From NCBI RefSeq assembly GCF_017302315.1, contig NZ_JAFLDT010000005.1, forward strand, positions 13,815-77,814: DNA of 64,000 nt. The letters are read 5' to 3'. This document shows positions 27,863 to 37,713 of the stretch, one piece after another (the first letter of the stretch is position 1; the number at the start of each line of letters is the position of its first letter). Made by a program: the position numbers and the translations under genes. The notes beneath the pieces are model-generated. The model saw only the letters and a list, made by a program, of their open reading frames with translations, did not search any database and was not told the origin of the DNA. The stretch comes from Zoogloea sp. (lineage in GTDB: Bacteria; Pseudomonadota; Gammaproteobacteria; Burkholderiales; Rhodocyclaceae).

Positions 27863-28603
27863 TTAGAACATATGCTGACCGCCGTTGATAGAGATGTTGG
27901 CGCCGGTCACGAAGGCTGCCTCGTCGGAAGAGAGGTAGGCGATCAGACCGGCGATTTCTTCCGGCTTGCCGAGGCGGCTCATCGGAATCTGGGGCAGGAT
28001 CTTGCTTTCAAGGACTTCCTGCGGAATGGCGAGGACCATCTTGGTGCCGATGTAACCCGGGGAGATGGTGTTGACCGTGACACCGGACTTGGCGACTTCG
28101 AGGGCCAGGGACTTGGTGAAACCGTGCATGCCCGCCTTGGCGGCGGCATAGTTGGTTTGACCAAAAGCACCCTTGATGCCGTTGAGGGAGGACACGTTGA
28201 TGACGCGCCCCCATTTGCGCTCGACCATGCCGTCCATGACCTGCTTGGTCATGTTGAAGACACTGTCGAGGTTGGTATGCATGACGGCGTCCCAGTCGGC
28301 CTTGGTCATGCGCTTGAAGGTCATGTCGCGGGTGATGCCCGCGTTGTTGACCAGAACGTCGACGGGGCCGATCTCGGCGGTAACCTGCTCGACGCAGGCT
28401 TTGGCTGAGTCAAAATCACCCACATCGCAGGGATAGGCCTTGAAGCCATAACCCATGTTGTTCATGGTCTGCAGCCATTCGGCGGCTTTTTGGTTGCCGG
28501 GCGAGTGGGTGGTGACGACCTTGTAGCCGAGCGCCGCCAGCTTGATGCAGATGGACTCGCCGAGACCGCCCATACCTCCGGTTACCAGTGCTACACGTGC
28601 CAT
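27863..28603 (-). CDS. phaB: Acetoacetyl-CoA reductase
   Basis: TGGMGGLG, NNAGITRD, QTNYAAAKAG, SINGGQHM. Confidence 0.93.
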   Translation of the reverse strand: MARVALVTGGMGGLGESICIKLAALGYKVVTTHSPGNQKAAEWLQTMNNMGYGFKAYPCDVGDFDSAKACVEQVTAEIGPVDVLVNNAGITRDMTFKRMTKADWDAVMHTNLDSVFNMTKQVMDGMVERKWGRVINVSSLNGIKGAFGQTNYAAAKAGMHGFTKSLALEVAKSGVTVNTISPGYIGTKMVLAIPQEVLESKILPQIPMSRLGKPEEIAGLIAYLSSDEAAFVTGANISINGGQHMF

Positions 28604-28707
28604 GATTCTCCCTCCTTTTTCATGATTTATGCGGGGGTGACTTGAACGCCGGCAGCGCCCCCGTTGTTGTCTCGCCGCCAGCGCTTTTCTATTTTTTATG
28701 GTGTGCG

Positions 28708-28735
28708 CTCCGGCACGGGCAAGGCCGTGCCGGAG
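28708..28735. terminator. Hairpin downstream of phaC
   Basis: ctccggcacgg-N6-ccgtgccggag. Confidence 0.5.
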
Positions 28736-28742
28736 TTGAAAC

Positions 28743-30482
28743 TCAGGCCTTTTCCTTCACGTAACGGCCGGGGGCCGCTTCGATGACCTTGTATTTGGTG
28801 CTGCCGGGCTTGTTGCGGGCGGCGATCTGGGTGCCGCTGCGGGTCTTGAGCCATTCGATCCAGTGCAACCACCAGCTGCCCTTTTGCTCGGTGGCAGTCT
28901 CGAGCCACTCCTCGGGCACGGAGGCCTGGGAGTCGCTGGTCCAGTAGCTGCGACGGTTCTTGGAGGCCGGGTTGATGGCGCCCGCGATGTGGCCGCTGGC
29001 ACCCAGCACGAAGGTGGTTTCACCGCCGAGGATCTGGCGCACCAGGTAGGCGCTGGTCCAGGGAACGATGTGGTCTTCGCGGGTGGCGAGGAGGTAGGCG
29101 GGCAGATCAACCTTGCCCATGTCCACCTTGACACCGAGCATCTCGAGCTTGCCGGGAACCCGCAGGTTGTTCTCAAGGTACATGTTGCGCAGGTACCAGG
29201 CAAGGAAGGGGCCGGAGAGGTTGGTGCTGTCGGAGTTCCAGTACAGCAGATCGAAGGCTTCGGGCTGCTTGCCCTTAAGGTAGTTGCCAACCACGTATTG
29301 CCAGATGAGGTCGTTGGCCCGCAGGCTGGAGAAGACTTGCGCCAGCTCGCGGCCCATCAGCAGGCCGCCCTTGCCGATGGCGGCTTCGCGGGCGGCGACC
29401 GAGGCTTCGTCCACCAGACAGCCGATTTCGCCTGCATCGGCGAAATCAAGCAGGGTGGTCATGAGGGTAAGGCTTTCGGCCGGGTCTTCGCCCTTGGCGC
29501 GCAAGACGGCAAGGGAGGACGACAGGATGGTGCCGCCCACGCAGAAACCGAGGACGTTGGGTTTGTCCACCTTGGTGACTTCACGCACTACCTGGAGGGC
29601 GGTGACGGGGCCTTTTTCGAGATAGTCGTCCCAGCCGAAGTGGGCTTCCTCGGCCTTGGCGTTCTTCCAGGAGACGAGGAAGACGGTGAAGCCCTGTTCG
29701 ACGATGAAGCGCACCAGCGAGTTGGCCGGCTGCAGATCCATGATGTAGAACTTGTTGATGCAGGGCGGCACGATCAGCAGCGGGGTCTTGTAGACCTTTT
29801 CGGTGAGCGGCGCGTACTGAATCAGCTGGATGAGCTCGTTTTCGTAGATGACGGAACCGGGCGTGGTGGCCAGGTTGCGGCCGATCTCGAAGGCGGAGTC
29901 GTCGGTCATGGAGATGCGGCCCTTCTCCATGTCGCCGATGAGGTTCTTGATGCCCTGGGTAATGCTCTCGCCCTTGGTGGCGAGCGCCGTCTGGATGAAC
30001 TCGGGGTTGGTGGCCGCGAAGTTGGAGGGGGCCAGGGCGTCGATGTACTGGCGGGTCAGGAACTGCATGCGGGCCTTGCTGCGACCATCAGCGATGGGCA
30101 GGGCGTCGGAAACCTTGGCGAGGTAGTCTGCATTGAGCAGATAGGCTTGGCGAATGTAGTCATAGACGGGGCTCGACGACCACTCGGGCGCAGCGAAACG
30201 GCGGTCGCCGGGCTGGGGCTGAACCATCGGCTCGACGGGTTCGCCGGGGCGAGCTTGGGCCATGCTGGTCCATAGGCGGGTGTGGGCTTCGGCAAGCTCC
30301 TTCTGGAGCCGGGCAAGCTCCTGGGTCTCAGGCAGGGGGATCTGCGGCGCAGCAGCAGGTGCGACCTGCTGGAGCGCGGCATTCTGCTTGCCGAGGAAAT
30401 CGAAAAAGCCTTCGGCCAGTGACTGACCGAACTTGAACATGCCCTGTAGTGCCTCTGCAGACTGCTCCGGTGTTACAGACAT
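28743..30482 (-). CDS. phaC: Class I PHA synthase
   Basis: PPCINKFYIMDL, lipase box GFCVGG, LYWNSD, DHIVPW, SGHIAG, GSWW. Confidence 0.97.
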   Translation of the reverse strand: MSVTPEQSAEALQGMFKFGQSLAEGFFDFLGKQNAALQQVAPAAAPQIPLPETQELARLQKELAEAHTRLWTSMAQARPGEPVEPMVQPQPGDRRFAAPEWSSSPVYDYIRQAYLLNADYLAKVSDALPIADGRSKARMQFLTRQYIDALAPSNFAATNPEFIQTALATKGESITQGIKNLIGDMEKGRISMTDDSAFEIGRNLATTPGSVIYENELIQLIQYAPLTEKVYKTPLLIVPPCINKFYIMDLQPANSLVRFIVEQGFTVFLVSWKNAKAEEAHFGWDDYLEKGPVTALQVVREVTKVDKPNVLGFCVGGTILSSSLAVLRAKGEDPAESLTLMTTLLDFADAGEIGCLVDEASVAAREAAIGKGGLLMGRELAQVFSSLRANDLIWQYVVGNYLKGKQPEAFDLLYWNSDSTNLSGPFLAWYLRNMYLENNLRVPGKLEMLGVKVDMGKVDLPAYLLATREDHIVPWTSAYLVRQILGGETTFVLGASGHIAGAINPASKNRRSYWTSDSQASVPEEWLETATEQKGSWWLHWIEWLKTRSGTQIAARNKPGSTKYKVIEAAPGRYVKEKA

Positions 30483-30583
30483 CCACCTCTCCTTGTTGTT
30501 TGCCTTTTGCACGACGTTATGGTGCGGGCGAATCTGACCAACACCTGCCCCCGACCCGCATTGCGGCCTTGTAGAATCCGGGG

Positions 30584-30808
30584 ATGTATATCGTTGCTAT
30601 CGCTTGGATTTATGTCGCCCTGCTCGCCACGGTAACCGAAACGACCGTGATCGGCGGGATTCTGACTTTCTTGTTGTATGGCCTTGCGCCGCTCTCCCTG
30701 TTTTTGTGGCTTTTCGGCACCCCGGCCCGCCGCCGTCGCTCAGCCCAGCGCTCGCTCCGCGAGGGGGTGGGCCAGGACGATGGAGGCAATACCGGCGGCG
30801 ATCAATAA
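30584..30808 (+). CDS. Small hypothetical membrane protein
   Basis: Two hydrophobic segments followed by a basic tail (MYIVAIAWIYVALL...GTPARRRR). Overlaps the 3' end of the ZIP gene. Confidence 0.65.
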   Translation: MYIVAIAWIYVALLATVTETTVIGGILTFLLYGLAPLSLFLWLFGTPARRRRSAQRSLREGVGQDDGGNTGGDQ

Positions 30809-31543
30809 TACCTGTTGGGCGGTGGCGCGCAATTCAGTCCGTTTATGCAAACCCGGAATGAGATCGGCCACGGCGACGTAAATCATACTCGCGGCGGCGA
30901 GGGCGAGAAACACCGGCACCAGCGTCTCCATGTGAGAGAGGGCAAAGTACGCCAGGATGCCTCCCACCAGGGTCGCGAGGCTCGACAGGAGATTGAAGGC
31001 CAGCGCCTTGCCCCGGCTGTAGCCGGAATGCAGGAGAATCAGGAAGTCACCGGCCTCCTGGGGGATCTCGTGGGCAATGATGGCCATCGCCGTGACAATG
31101 CCCAGCGGCGTGCTCTCCACGAAGGCGGCGGCAATGAGTACGCCGTCGACAAAATTGTGAAATGTGTCACCGATGAGGATCAGCAGGCCGCTTCGCCCAT
31201 GATCGTGCTCCGGGGCCGCAGCCTGCCCATGCCCGTGGTGATCATGCCTGTGCCCGTGACAACCTTCGTCGTGGCAGTGACGCCATAGAACGAGCTTTTC
31301 CAGAACAAAGAAAATCAGGATGCCGGCCAGAATGTTCATGGCGGCACGTTCGGGGCTTTCGGCAGCCTCGATGGCGTGGGGCAGCACCTCGAGGAAGGCA
31401 GCCCCGAGCAGGGCGCCAATGGCGTAGCTGATGAGGGTGGGAACCCATGTGGGGCGGGCAGCCCAGGAGAGCGCCGCGGCCACGAGCACGCTCAACAGCC
31501 CCCCGGAGATACTCATCACTACAATCCAGGCAAGGGGGGTCAT
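30740..31543 (-). CDS. ZIP-family metal transporter
   Basis: His-rich loop (HCHDEGCHGHRHDHHGH), GDTFHNFVDG, AHEIPQE. Confidence 0.92.
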   Translation of the reverse strand: MTPLAWIVVMSISGGLLSVLVAAALSWAARPTWVPTLISYAIGALLGAAFLEVLPHAIEAAESPERAAMNILAGILIFFVLEKLVLWRHCHDEGCHGHRHDHHGHGQAAAPEHDHGRSGLLILIGDTFHNFVDGVLIAAAFVESTPLGIVTAMAIIAHEIPQEAGDFLILLHSGYSRGKALAFNLLSSLATLVGGILAYFALSHMETLVPVFLALAAASMIYVAVADLIPGLHKRTELRATAQQVLLIAAGIASIVLAHPLAERALG

Positions 31544-31601
31544 GGTCATCCGCAGATCAAATGGGCCGCGCAGTATAGCGCCAGCGCCCCAAAACCATGG
31601 C

Positions 31602-32333
31602 TCACGCCAACCAGATGAGGGAGGCCATGCGGCCGGTGGCGCCGTCGCGACGGTAGGAGAAGAAACGTACCGGATCGCTGACCGTGCAGGCGTCACCACC
31701 ATGGATGCCGGTCACGCCTGCTCGGGCCAGGCGCTGGCGGGCCAGAAGGTAGATGTCGGCCAGCCACTTGTGTTGATTGGGGGATGGCCGGAATGCGGCC
31801 TCGGCCACCGGATCGTGACCCATGAAGGCCGCCCGGACCTCTCCTCCCACCTCGAAGGCATCGGGGCCGATGGCCGGGCCGAGCCACGCCAGTAGCTGGC
31901 CCGGCGGTACGCCCATCGCCGCCACGGTCGCTTCGATCACGCCGTCAAAGAGTCCGCGCCAGCCGGCATGGGCGGCGGCGACGACGGTCCCGGCCCGGTC
32001 GCAGAGCAGCACGGGCAGGCAGTCGGCGGTCATGACGACGCAGACACGACCCGACTCGCGGGTGAAGGCGGCATCGGCGTCGGGCACGCCGTCGCCGACG
32101 GCGGCATCCACGACGGTGGTGCCGTGCACCTGGTTGAGCCAACGCGGTTCGCCGGGCAGGGCCTGGCGGAGGATGCCGCGGTTGTCGGCCACCCGGGAGG
32201 GGTCGTCACCGACATGGGTGCCGAGGTTGAGGGTGTCGTAGGGGGCCTTGCCGACGCCGCCGGTGCGGGTGGTGGTCAGGGCCTTGACGCGGGCCGGAGC
32301 GGGCCAGTCGGGTTGGATCCAGGTGTCGTTCAT
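31602..32333 (-). CDS. pgeF: Peptidoglycan editing factor / YfiH-family protein
   Basis: WLNQVHG, MTADCLPVL, AAHAGWRG, FFSYRRDG, downstream of rluD. Confidence 0.93.
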   Translation of the reverse strand: MNDTWIQPDWPAPARVKALTTTRTGGVGKAPYDTLNLGTHVGDDPSRVADNRGILRQALPGEPRWLNQVHGTTVVDAAVGDGVPDADAAFTRESGRVCVVMTADCLPVLLCDRAGTVVAAAHAGWRGLFDGVIEATVAAMGVPPGQLLAWLGPAIGPDAFEVGGEVRAAFMGHDPVAEAAFRPSPNQHKWLADIYLLARQRLARAGVTGIHGGDACTVSDPVRFFSYRRDGATGRMASLIWLA

Positions 32334-33292
32334 GGCGTGGTGCTGCGCAACAGGGCCAGCAGGCCCTCGAAATCGGCGGGCAAAGGGGTTTCCCAGCGAC
32401 AGGGTTCGCCGGTGCGGGGGTGGATGAGGCCGAGCTGCCAGGCATGCAGCGCCTGGCGGGAAAAGGCGTCGAGACGCGGATCGGCGCTGCGGGCCTTGCC
32501 ATACGTGGCGTCGCCCACCAGTGGATGGCCGATGTGGGCCATGTGTACGCGGATCTGATGGGTGCGGCCGGTGGCCAGTTCGCATTCGACCAGGGTGGCG
32601 CGGGAAAAGCGCTCGATGACCCGGTAGCGGGTCAGGGCCTCGCGACCGCCCGGCACCACGGCCATGCGGGTCCGCTGGACCGGGTGACGGCCGATGGGGG
32701 CATTGACTTCGCCACTCTCCCCGGGGTGACCATGCACCAGCGCCTGGTAGTGGCGCTTGACGGTACGCGCCTGGAGCTGGCGGACCAGATCGGTCTGGGC
32801 TTCGAGGGTCTTGGCCACCACCAGCAGGCCGCTGGTGTCCTTGTCGAGGCGATGCACGATGCCGGCACGGGGCAGCTCACGGAAGCGGGCACCGTGATGC
32901 AGCAGGGCATTGAGCAAGGTGCCGGACCAGTTGCCACTGCCGGGATGCACGACGAGGCCCACAGGCTTGTCTATGATGAGCAGTGTGTCGTCCTCGTGGA
33001 GCACCCGGAGCGGGATGTCCTCGGCCTGCTCGGCCAGCATCGCCTCGGTGGGCTCGGGGCTGACCAGCACGGTCTCGCCCCCCCAGACCTTGGATTTTGA
33101 ATCCGGCGAGGCCCCATCGATGAGGATTCGCCCGGACTTGAGCCAGGATTGAAGACGGCTGCGGGAATGCTCCGGAAACAACCGGGCAAGTGCCTGATCA
33201 GCCCGAAGGCCGGCACAGTCGTCAGGAATAGACTCTCGCAGCGGCGAGGGGGAAGGGATGGCTGGGCTATAATCGGCCCAATCTTCTTCCAA
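32330..33292 (-). CDS. rluD: 23S rRNA pseudouridine synthase D
   Basis: S4 domain, GIVHRLDKDTSG, TGRTHQIRVH, divergent from bamD. Start uncertain. Confidence 0.95.
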   Translation of the reverse strand: MEEDWADYSPAIPSPSPLRESIPDDCAGLRADQALARLFPEHSRSRLQSWLKSGRILIDGASPDSKSKVWGGETVLVSPEPTEAMLAEQAEDIPLRVLHEDDTLLIIDKPVGLVVHPGSGNWSGTLLNALLHHGARFRELPRAGIVHRLDKDTSGLLVVAKTLEAQTDLVRQLQARTVKRHYQALVHGHPGESGEVNAPIGRHPVQRTRMAVVPGGREALTRYRVIERFSRATLVECELATGRTHQIRVHMAHIGHPLVGDATYGKARSADPRLDAFSRQALHAWQLGLIHPRTGEPCRWETPLPADFEGLLALLRSTTP

Positions 33293-33302
33293 AGAGTTTT
33301 CA

Positions 33303-34106
33303 ATGGCGCATTTCACCCTGCGTAGTTTAACGCTTGCCGGCTTCCTTCTGCTTGCTGGCTGTAGCGGCCTGCCCGACCAGATCGACGAAACCAATGGCTG
33401 GAGCGCCCAGAAGCTCTACTCGGAGGCCAAGGAATCCATGTCCGATGGCGCCTGGGACCGGGCCATCAAGATGTTCGAGAAGCTGGAGGCGCGCTACCCC
33501 TATGGTCGCTACGCCCAGCAGTCCCAGCTCGAAGTGGCTTATGCGTACTACAAGTCCAATGAGCCGGCTTCGGCCATCGCGGCCTGCGAGCGCTTCGTCA
33601 AGCTGCACCCGAACCACCCGAACGTGGATTACGCCTACTACTTGAAGGGCCTGGCCAACTTCAATGAAGATTTGGGCCTGCTCGGCGCCCTGGCCAATCA
33701 GGATCTCTCGGAACGCGATACCAAGGCGGCCCGCGCGTCGTTCAACACCTTCAAGGAACTGGTGCAGCGCTTCCCGGAGAGCAAGTACGCCCCCGACGCC
33801 ACGCTGCGCATGCGTTACCTGGTGAATGCCCTGGCGTCCCATGAGGTGCACGTGGCCCGTTACTACTATCGTCGCGGCGCCTACCTCGCATCGGCCAACC
33901 GGGCGCAGACAGCCGTCAAGGACTTTCCCCAGTCCCCCGCCACCGAGGAAGCCCTGTTCCTGATGGCGAAGAGCTACGACGCGCTGAAGCTCACCGAGCT
34001 GCGGGACGATGCGGAGCGGGTGCTTCGCACCAATTTCCCGAAGAGCGCCTATCTGACCGCCGGGGCCCCTGCCGACCGCAAGGGCGCCTGGTGGAAGCTC
34101 TGGTAA
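33303..34106 (+). CDS. bamD: Outer membrane assembly lipoprotein BamD
   Basis: Lipobox LLAGC, TPR motifs (YPYGRYAQQSQL, HPNHPNVDYAYY), divergent from rluD. Confidence 0.95.
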   Translation: MAHFTLRSLTLAGFLLLAGCSGLPDQIDETNGWSAQKLYSEAKESMSDGAWDRAIKMFEKLEARYPYGRYAQQSQLEVAYAYYKSNEPASAIAACERFVKLHPNHPNVDYAYYLKGLANFNEDLGLLGALANQDLSERDTKAARASFNTFKELVQRFPESKYAPDATLRMRYLVNALASHEVHVARYYYRRGAYLASANRAQTAVKDFPQSPATEEALFLMAKSYDALKLTELRDDAERVLRTNFPKSAYLTAGAPADRKGAWWKLW

Positions 34107-34124
34107 GCAGGGGATCACACCCTC

Positions 34125-34658
34125 ATGGATGAAGCGGTCCGGGCGGCCCTGGCCAAGTGGCCGAATGTGCCTTCCTGCACCGGCTGGCTGCGCCTGAGCC
34201 GCCGGGGTGAGTGGCGGGTGCCGGAAGGGCCGATCCGCCATGCCGGCCTGAACGCCTTCATTGGACGCAACTATCAGCCCACGGCCGACGGGCGCTGGTA
34301 TTTCCAGAACGGCCCGCAGCAGGTGTTCGTCAGCCTCGACTACACCCCCCTGATCCTGCGCCTGAGCGGCACCGAGCAGCTTGAGACCCATACCGGCCAG
34401 CCCGTGACCCACGTGACGGAGGCTTGGCTCGACGAGGACGGCAGCCTGCTGCTGGGCTGCGAGCACGGCGTGGCATTGCTGGATGATCGGGATCTGGCGG
34501 CCATGTGCGTCAGACTGGAAGGCGACCTGGAAGCGCCAAACTCAGCCTTGAGCCTGAACTGGGCGGGCCGGCTGCTGACGGTGGGGCGGATTGCGCAGGC
34601 CGGCGTGGCGGCCCGTTTTGGTTTCATCCAGGAGCCGGGCCTCTCAAGCCCGGCATGA
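34125..34658 (+). CDS. DUF2946-family protein
   Basis: ALAKWPNVP..GWLRL.RRGEWR, WYFQNGPQQVFV.LDYTP. Confidence 0.75.
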   Translation: MDEAVRAALAKWPNVPSCTGWLRLSRRGEWRVPEGPIRHAGLNAFIGRNYQPTADGRWYFQNGPQQVFVSLDYTPLILRLSGTEQLETHTGQPVTHVTEAWLDEDGSLLLGCEHGVALLDDRDLAAMCVRLEGDLEAPNSALSLNWAGRLLTVGRIAQAGVAARFGFIQEPGLSSPA

Positions 34659-34691
34659 CTGGGCCGGCAGTAGCAGCCGGCCCTTTGGTGC

Positions 34692-36131
34692 TCACCCGCG
34701 CCCGTACTTGTCCTCGAAGCGCACGATGTCATCCTCACCGAGATAGCTGCCCGACTGCACTTCGATGATCTCGAGGGGCACCTTGCCCGGGTTGGCGAGG
34801 CGGTGCACGTGGCCCAGGGGGATGTAGGTCGATTCGTTTTCACCCAGCAGGAAGGTCTTCTCGCCGTTGGTGACTTCGGCCGTCCCCTTGACCACGATCC
34901 AGTGCTCGGCCCGGTGGTGGTGCATCTGCAGGCTCAGGCGGGCACCCGGATTGACCACGATGCGCTTGACCTGAAAACGCTCGCCATTGTCGATGGAGTC
35001 GTACCAGCCCCAAGGGCGATGGATCTTGCGGTGGGCCGAGGCCTGGCTGCGGCTGCCGGCCTTGAGGGCGGCGACGATCTGCTTGACGTTCTGGGTCTTG
35101 TCCTTGCGGGCCACCAGCACGGCGTCGGGGGTCTCGACGATGACCGCGTCGTCCAGGCCCACGCAGGCCACCATGCGGTCCTGGGCATAGACGAGGGTGT
35201 TGCGGCTGTCCTCGAAGAGCACATCACCGCGGGCCACGTTACCGCTGGCGTCCTTGTCGGCGATCTGCCACAGGGCGTCCCACGCCCCCACATCGGACCA
35301 GCCGGCCGACATGGGCACGACGCAGCCGGCGATGCCGAGCCCTTCGGCCGCCGAGAGCTTTTCCATGACCGCGTAGTCGATGGAGTCGGACGGGCAGGCC
35401 TGGAAGAGGGCCTTGTCGACCCGCACGAAGTCGGCGTCCCGCGAGCCGCCCGCCCAGGCGGCCAGGCAGGCCTGGGACATGGCCGGCTGGAGCTGGGCCA
35501 TGGCCTTCAGCCAGACGCTGGCCTTGACCATGAACAGACCGCTGTTCCAGAGGTATTCGCCGCTGTCGAGGTAGCGCTGAGCGGTAGCCGCATCGGGCTT
35601 TTCGACAAAGGCGGCGATGGCCTTGCTGCCATCGGCCCGGTCGGCGCCGCAACGGATGTAGCCGTAGCCGGTTTCGGCGTGGGTCGGCACGATGCCGAAG
35701 GTGACGATGGCGCCATCAAGGGCAGCCGGGATGCCGTCGTCGATGGCCTTCTGGAAGCCGGCCAGGTCACGGATGACGTGGTCGGCCGGCATCACCAGCA
35801 GCACCGGGTCGGCCTCCTGTGCGGCCAGTGCTGCCAAGGTCAGGGCCGGCGCGGTGTTGCGGCCGGTGGGCTCCAGAACGATGTCGCGGCTGGCGCGACC
35901 GACGGCACGGAGCTGCTCGGCGGTGACGAAGCGGTATTCTTCATTGCACACGACGATGGGCGCCTGCGCCACCGCCAGGCGGCCGCCGAAACCGGCCAGC
36001 CGGCCGGCCGTGGCCTGCAGCATGGTTTCTTCACCCACCAGGGCGAGGAGCTGCTTGGGGTACTGTTCGCGGGACAAGGGCCACAGGCGCGTGCCGGAGC
36101 CGCCGGAAAGGATGACGGGTTGAAGTTCCAT
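34692..36131 (-). CDS. manC: Mannose-1-phosphate guanylyltransferase / mannose-6-phosphate isomerase
   Basis: PVILSGGSGTRLWPLSR, EPTGRNTAPA, FVEKPD, WSDVGAW, C-terminal cupin (RPWG, HHRAEHW). Confidence 0.95.
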   Translation of the reverse strand: MELQPVILSGGSGTRLWPLSREQYPKQLLALVGEETMLQATAGRLAGFGGRLAVAQAPIVVCNEEYRFVTAEQLRAVGRASRDIVLEPTGRNTAPALTLAALAAQEADPVLLVMPADHVIRDLAGFQKAIDDGIPAALDGAIVTFGIVPTHAETGYGYIRCGADRADGSKAIAAFVEKPDAATAQRYLDSGEYLWNSGLFMVKASVWLKAMAQLQPAMSQACLAAWAGGSRDADFVRVDKALFQACPSDSIDYAVMEKLSAAEGLGIAGCVVPMSAGWSDVGAWDALWQIADKDASGNVARGDVLFEDSRNTLVYAQDRMVACVGLDDAVIVETPDAVLVARKDKTQNVKQIVAALKAGSRSQASAHRKIHRPWGWYDSIDNGERFQVKRIVVNPGARLSLQMHHHRAEHWIVVKGTAEVTNGEKTFLLGENESTYIPLGHVHRLANPGKVPLEIIEVQSGSYLGEDDIVRFEDKYGRG

Positions 36132-36225
36132 GATCGGTCGGGTCGGGAAAGTAAAAAATCGGCTGGTGCGTGCAGTGCACAATGAGTTCGCTTTTTACCA
36201 CAAACCCCGGCCCCTCAAACCGGCG

Positions 36226-36855
36226 TCATGTGGACACAGTTTCACCGGGGAGTTCTTCATCCGGTACAGACAGCCATGATCCAACGACACGCTCGGCTTC
36301 TTCAATCCCTGTCTTCTTGAGACTTGAGAACAACTGCACGGTGACCTGTTCGCCCAGGGGCGCCAGTTCCTTGCGCACCGCCGCCAGTGTCGCGGCCTGC
36401 TCCGAGCGGGTGAGCTTGTCGCTCTTGGTGAGCAGCACATGGATGGGACGGCCGCTGGGTGCAAACCAGCCAATCATGACCCGGTCACGGTCCTTGAGGG
36501 GATGACGGGAATCCATGATCAGGACCAGACCGACGAGATTGGGGCGGCGGGTGAGGTAGTCCTCAAGCAGACGCTGCCACTGAAGGCGGATGGCCTCCGG
36601 TACTTCGGCGTAGCCGTAGCCGGGCAGATCCACCAGCACGGCCCCGTTGCGCAGGCGGAAGAAGTTGATCAGCTGGGTGCGCCCCGGGGTTTTCGAGACG
36701 AAGGCCAGACGCACGTGGTCGCACAAGGTGTTGATGGCACTGGACTTGCCGGCATTGGAACGGCCGGCAAAGGCCACCTCGGGGCCCGCAGGCGGCGGCA
36801 GACCGTTGGGTTTGGCAACGGAAATCTCGAACTGGGCGTTACGGAACAGGGACAT
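36226..36855 (-). CDS. yihA: Ribosome biogenesis GTPase YihA/YsxC
   Basis: [28 protein letters not shown]. Confidence 0.96.
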   Translation of the reverse strand: MSLFRNAQFEISVAKPNGLPPPAGPEVAFAGRSNAGKSSAINTLCDHVRLAFVSKTPGRTQLINFFRLRNGAVLVDLPGYGYAEVPEAIRLQWQRLLEDYLTRRPNLVGLVLIMDSRHPLKDRDRVMIGWFAPSGRPIHVLLTKSDKLTRSEQAATLAAVRKELAPLGEQVTVQLFSSLKKTGIEEAERVVGSWLSVPDEELPGETVST

Positions 36856-36963
36856 GAGGGAGCGTAGGCATACGCAACACACGCTATTGCATCGCGCAAA
36901 AGACTGAAGTTGCTATAGAATAACAGGTTTGAGACATCCACATTCTTGGCTTCCGAGGACATC

Positions 36964-37599
36964 ATGATCAAGCGTTCCCTGCTGCTTTCGCTGCTTCTGG
37001 CCACCGGCGCGGTCCAGGCTCAAGACAAAGCCGCCGCCCAGCCCGATCTGGCCAAGGCGAAACAGACTGCAGAACAGGTTTGCGGCGCCTGCCACGGCGC
37101 TGACGGCAACAGTCAGATTCCGGTCAACCCGAAACTCGCGGGCCAGCATGCGGAATACCTTTACAAGCAGCTCAAGAACTTCAAAAGTGAGGGCGGCGCC
37201 CCTGCCGAGCGTGCCAACCCCATCATGGGCGGCATGGTCGCCGGCCTCTCCGACGCCGACATGAAGGGCCTTGCCGCTTACTTTGCCGGTCAGGCCCAGA
37301 AGCCCGAGTCTGCCAAGAACAAGGCGTCCATCGAGCTCGGCCAGAAGCTGTGGCGCGCCGGCGACCTGAAGCGCGGCATCCCTGCCTGTGCAGCCTGTCA
37401 CGGCCCTGCCGGTGCCGGCATGCCCGCCCAGTACCCGCGCTTGTCCGGTCAGTTTGCCGACTACACCGAAGCCCAGTTGCGGGCCTTCCGTGCTGGCGAG
37501 CGCGCCAACGATCCGGCCAAGATGATGCAGACCATCGCCGTCAAGATGACCGACCCGGAAATCAAGGCTGTCGCCGACTACGCGGCCGGCTTGCGCTGA
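36964..37599 (+). CDS. Diheme cytochrome c4
   Basis: Signal peptide and two CxxCH motifs (CGACH, CAACH), divergent from yihA. Confidence 0.93.
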   Translation: MIKRSLLLSLLLATGAVQAQDKAAAQPDLAKAKQTAEQVCGACHGADGNSQIPVNPKLAGQHAEYLYKQLKNFKSEGGAPAERANPIMGGMVAGLSDADMKGLAAYFAGQAQKPESAKNKASIELGQKLWRAGDLKRGIPACAACHGPAGAGMPAQYPRLSGQFADYTEAQLRAFRAGERANDPAKMMQTIAVKMTDPEIKAVADYAAGLR

Positions 37600-37630
37600 G
37601 TCAAGGCGCTTCCGGGCGCCCGCCAGCTAT

Positions 37631-37659
37631 AAAAAGGGGTGGTCAGACCACCCCTTTTT
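37631..37659 (+). terminator. Intrinsic (bidirectional-type) terminator
   Basis: aaaaaggggtggtc-a-gaccaccccttttt. Confidence 0.75.
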
Positions 37660-37713
37660 CATTGGCAAGCCCCCTGCTCCATCGCATCCAACCACCTCCA
37701 CCGCCGCAACGCC

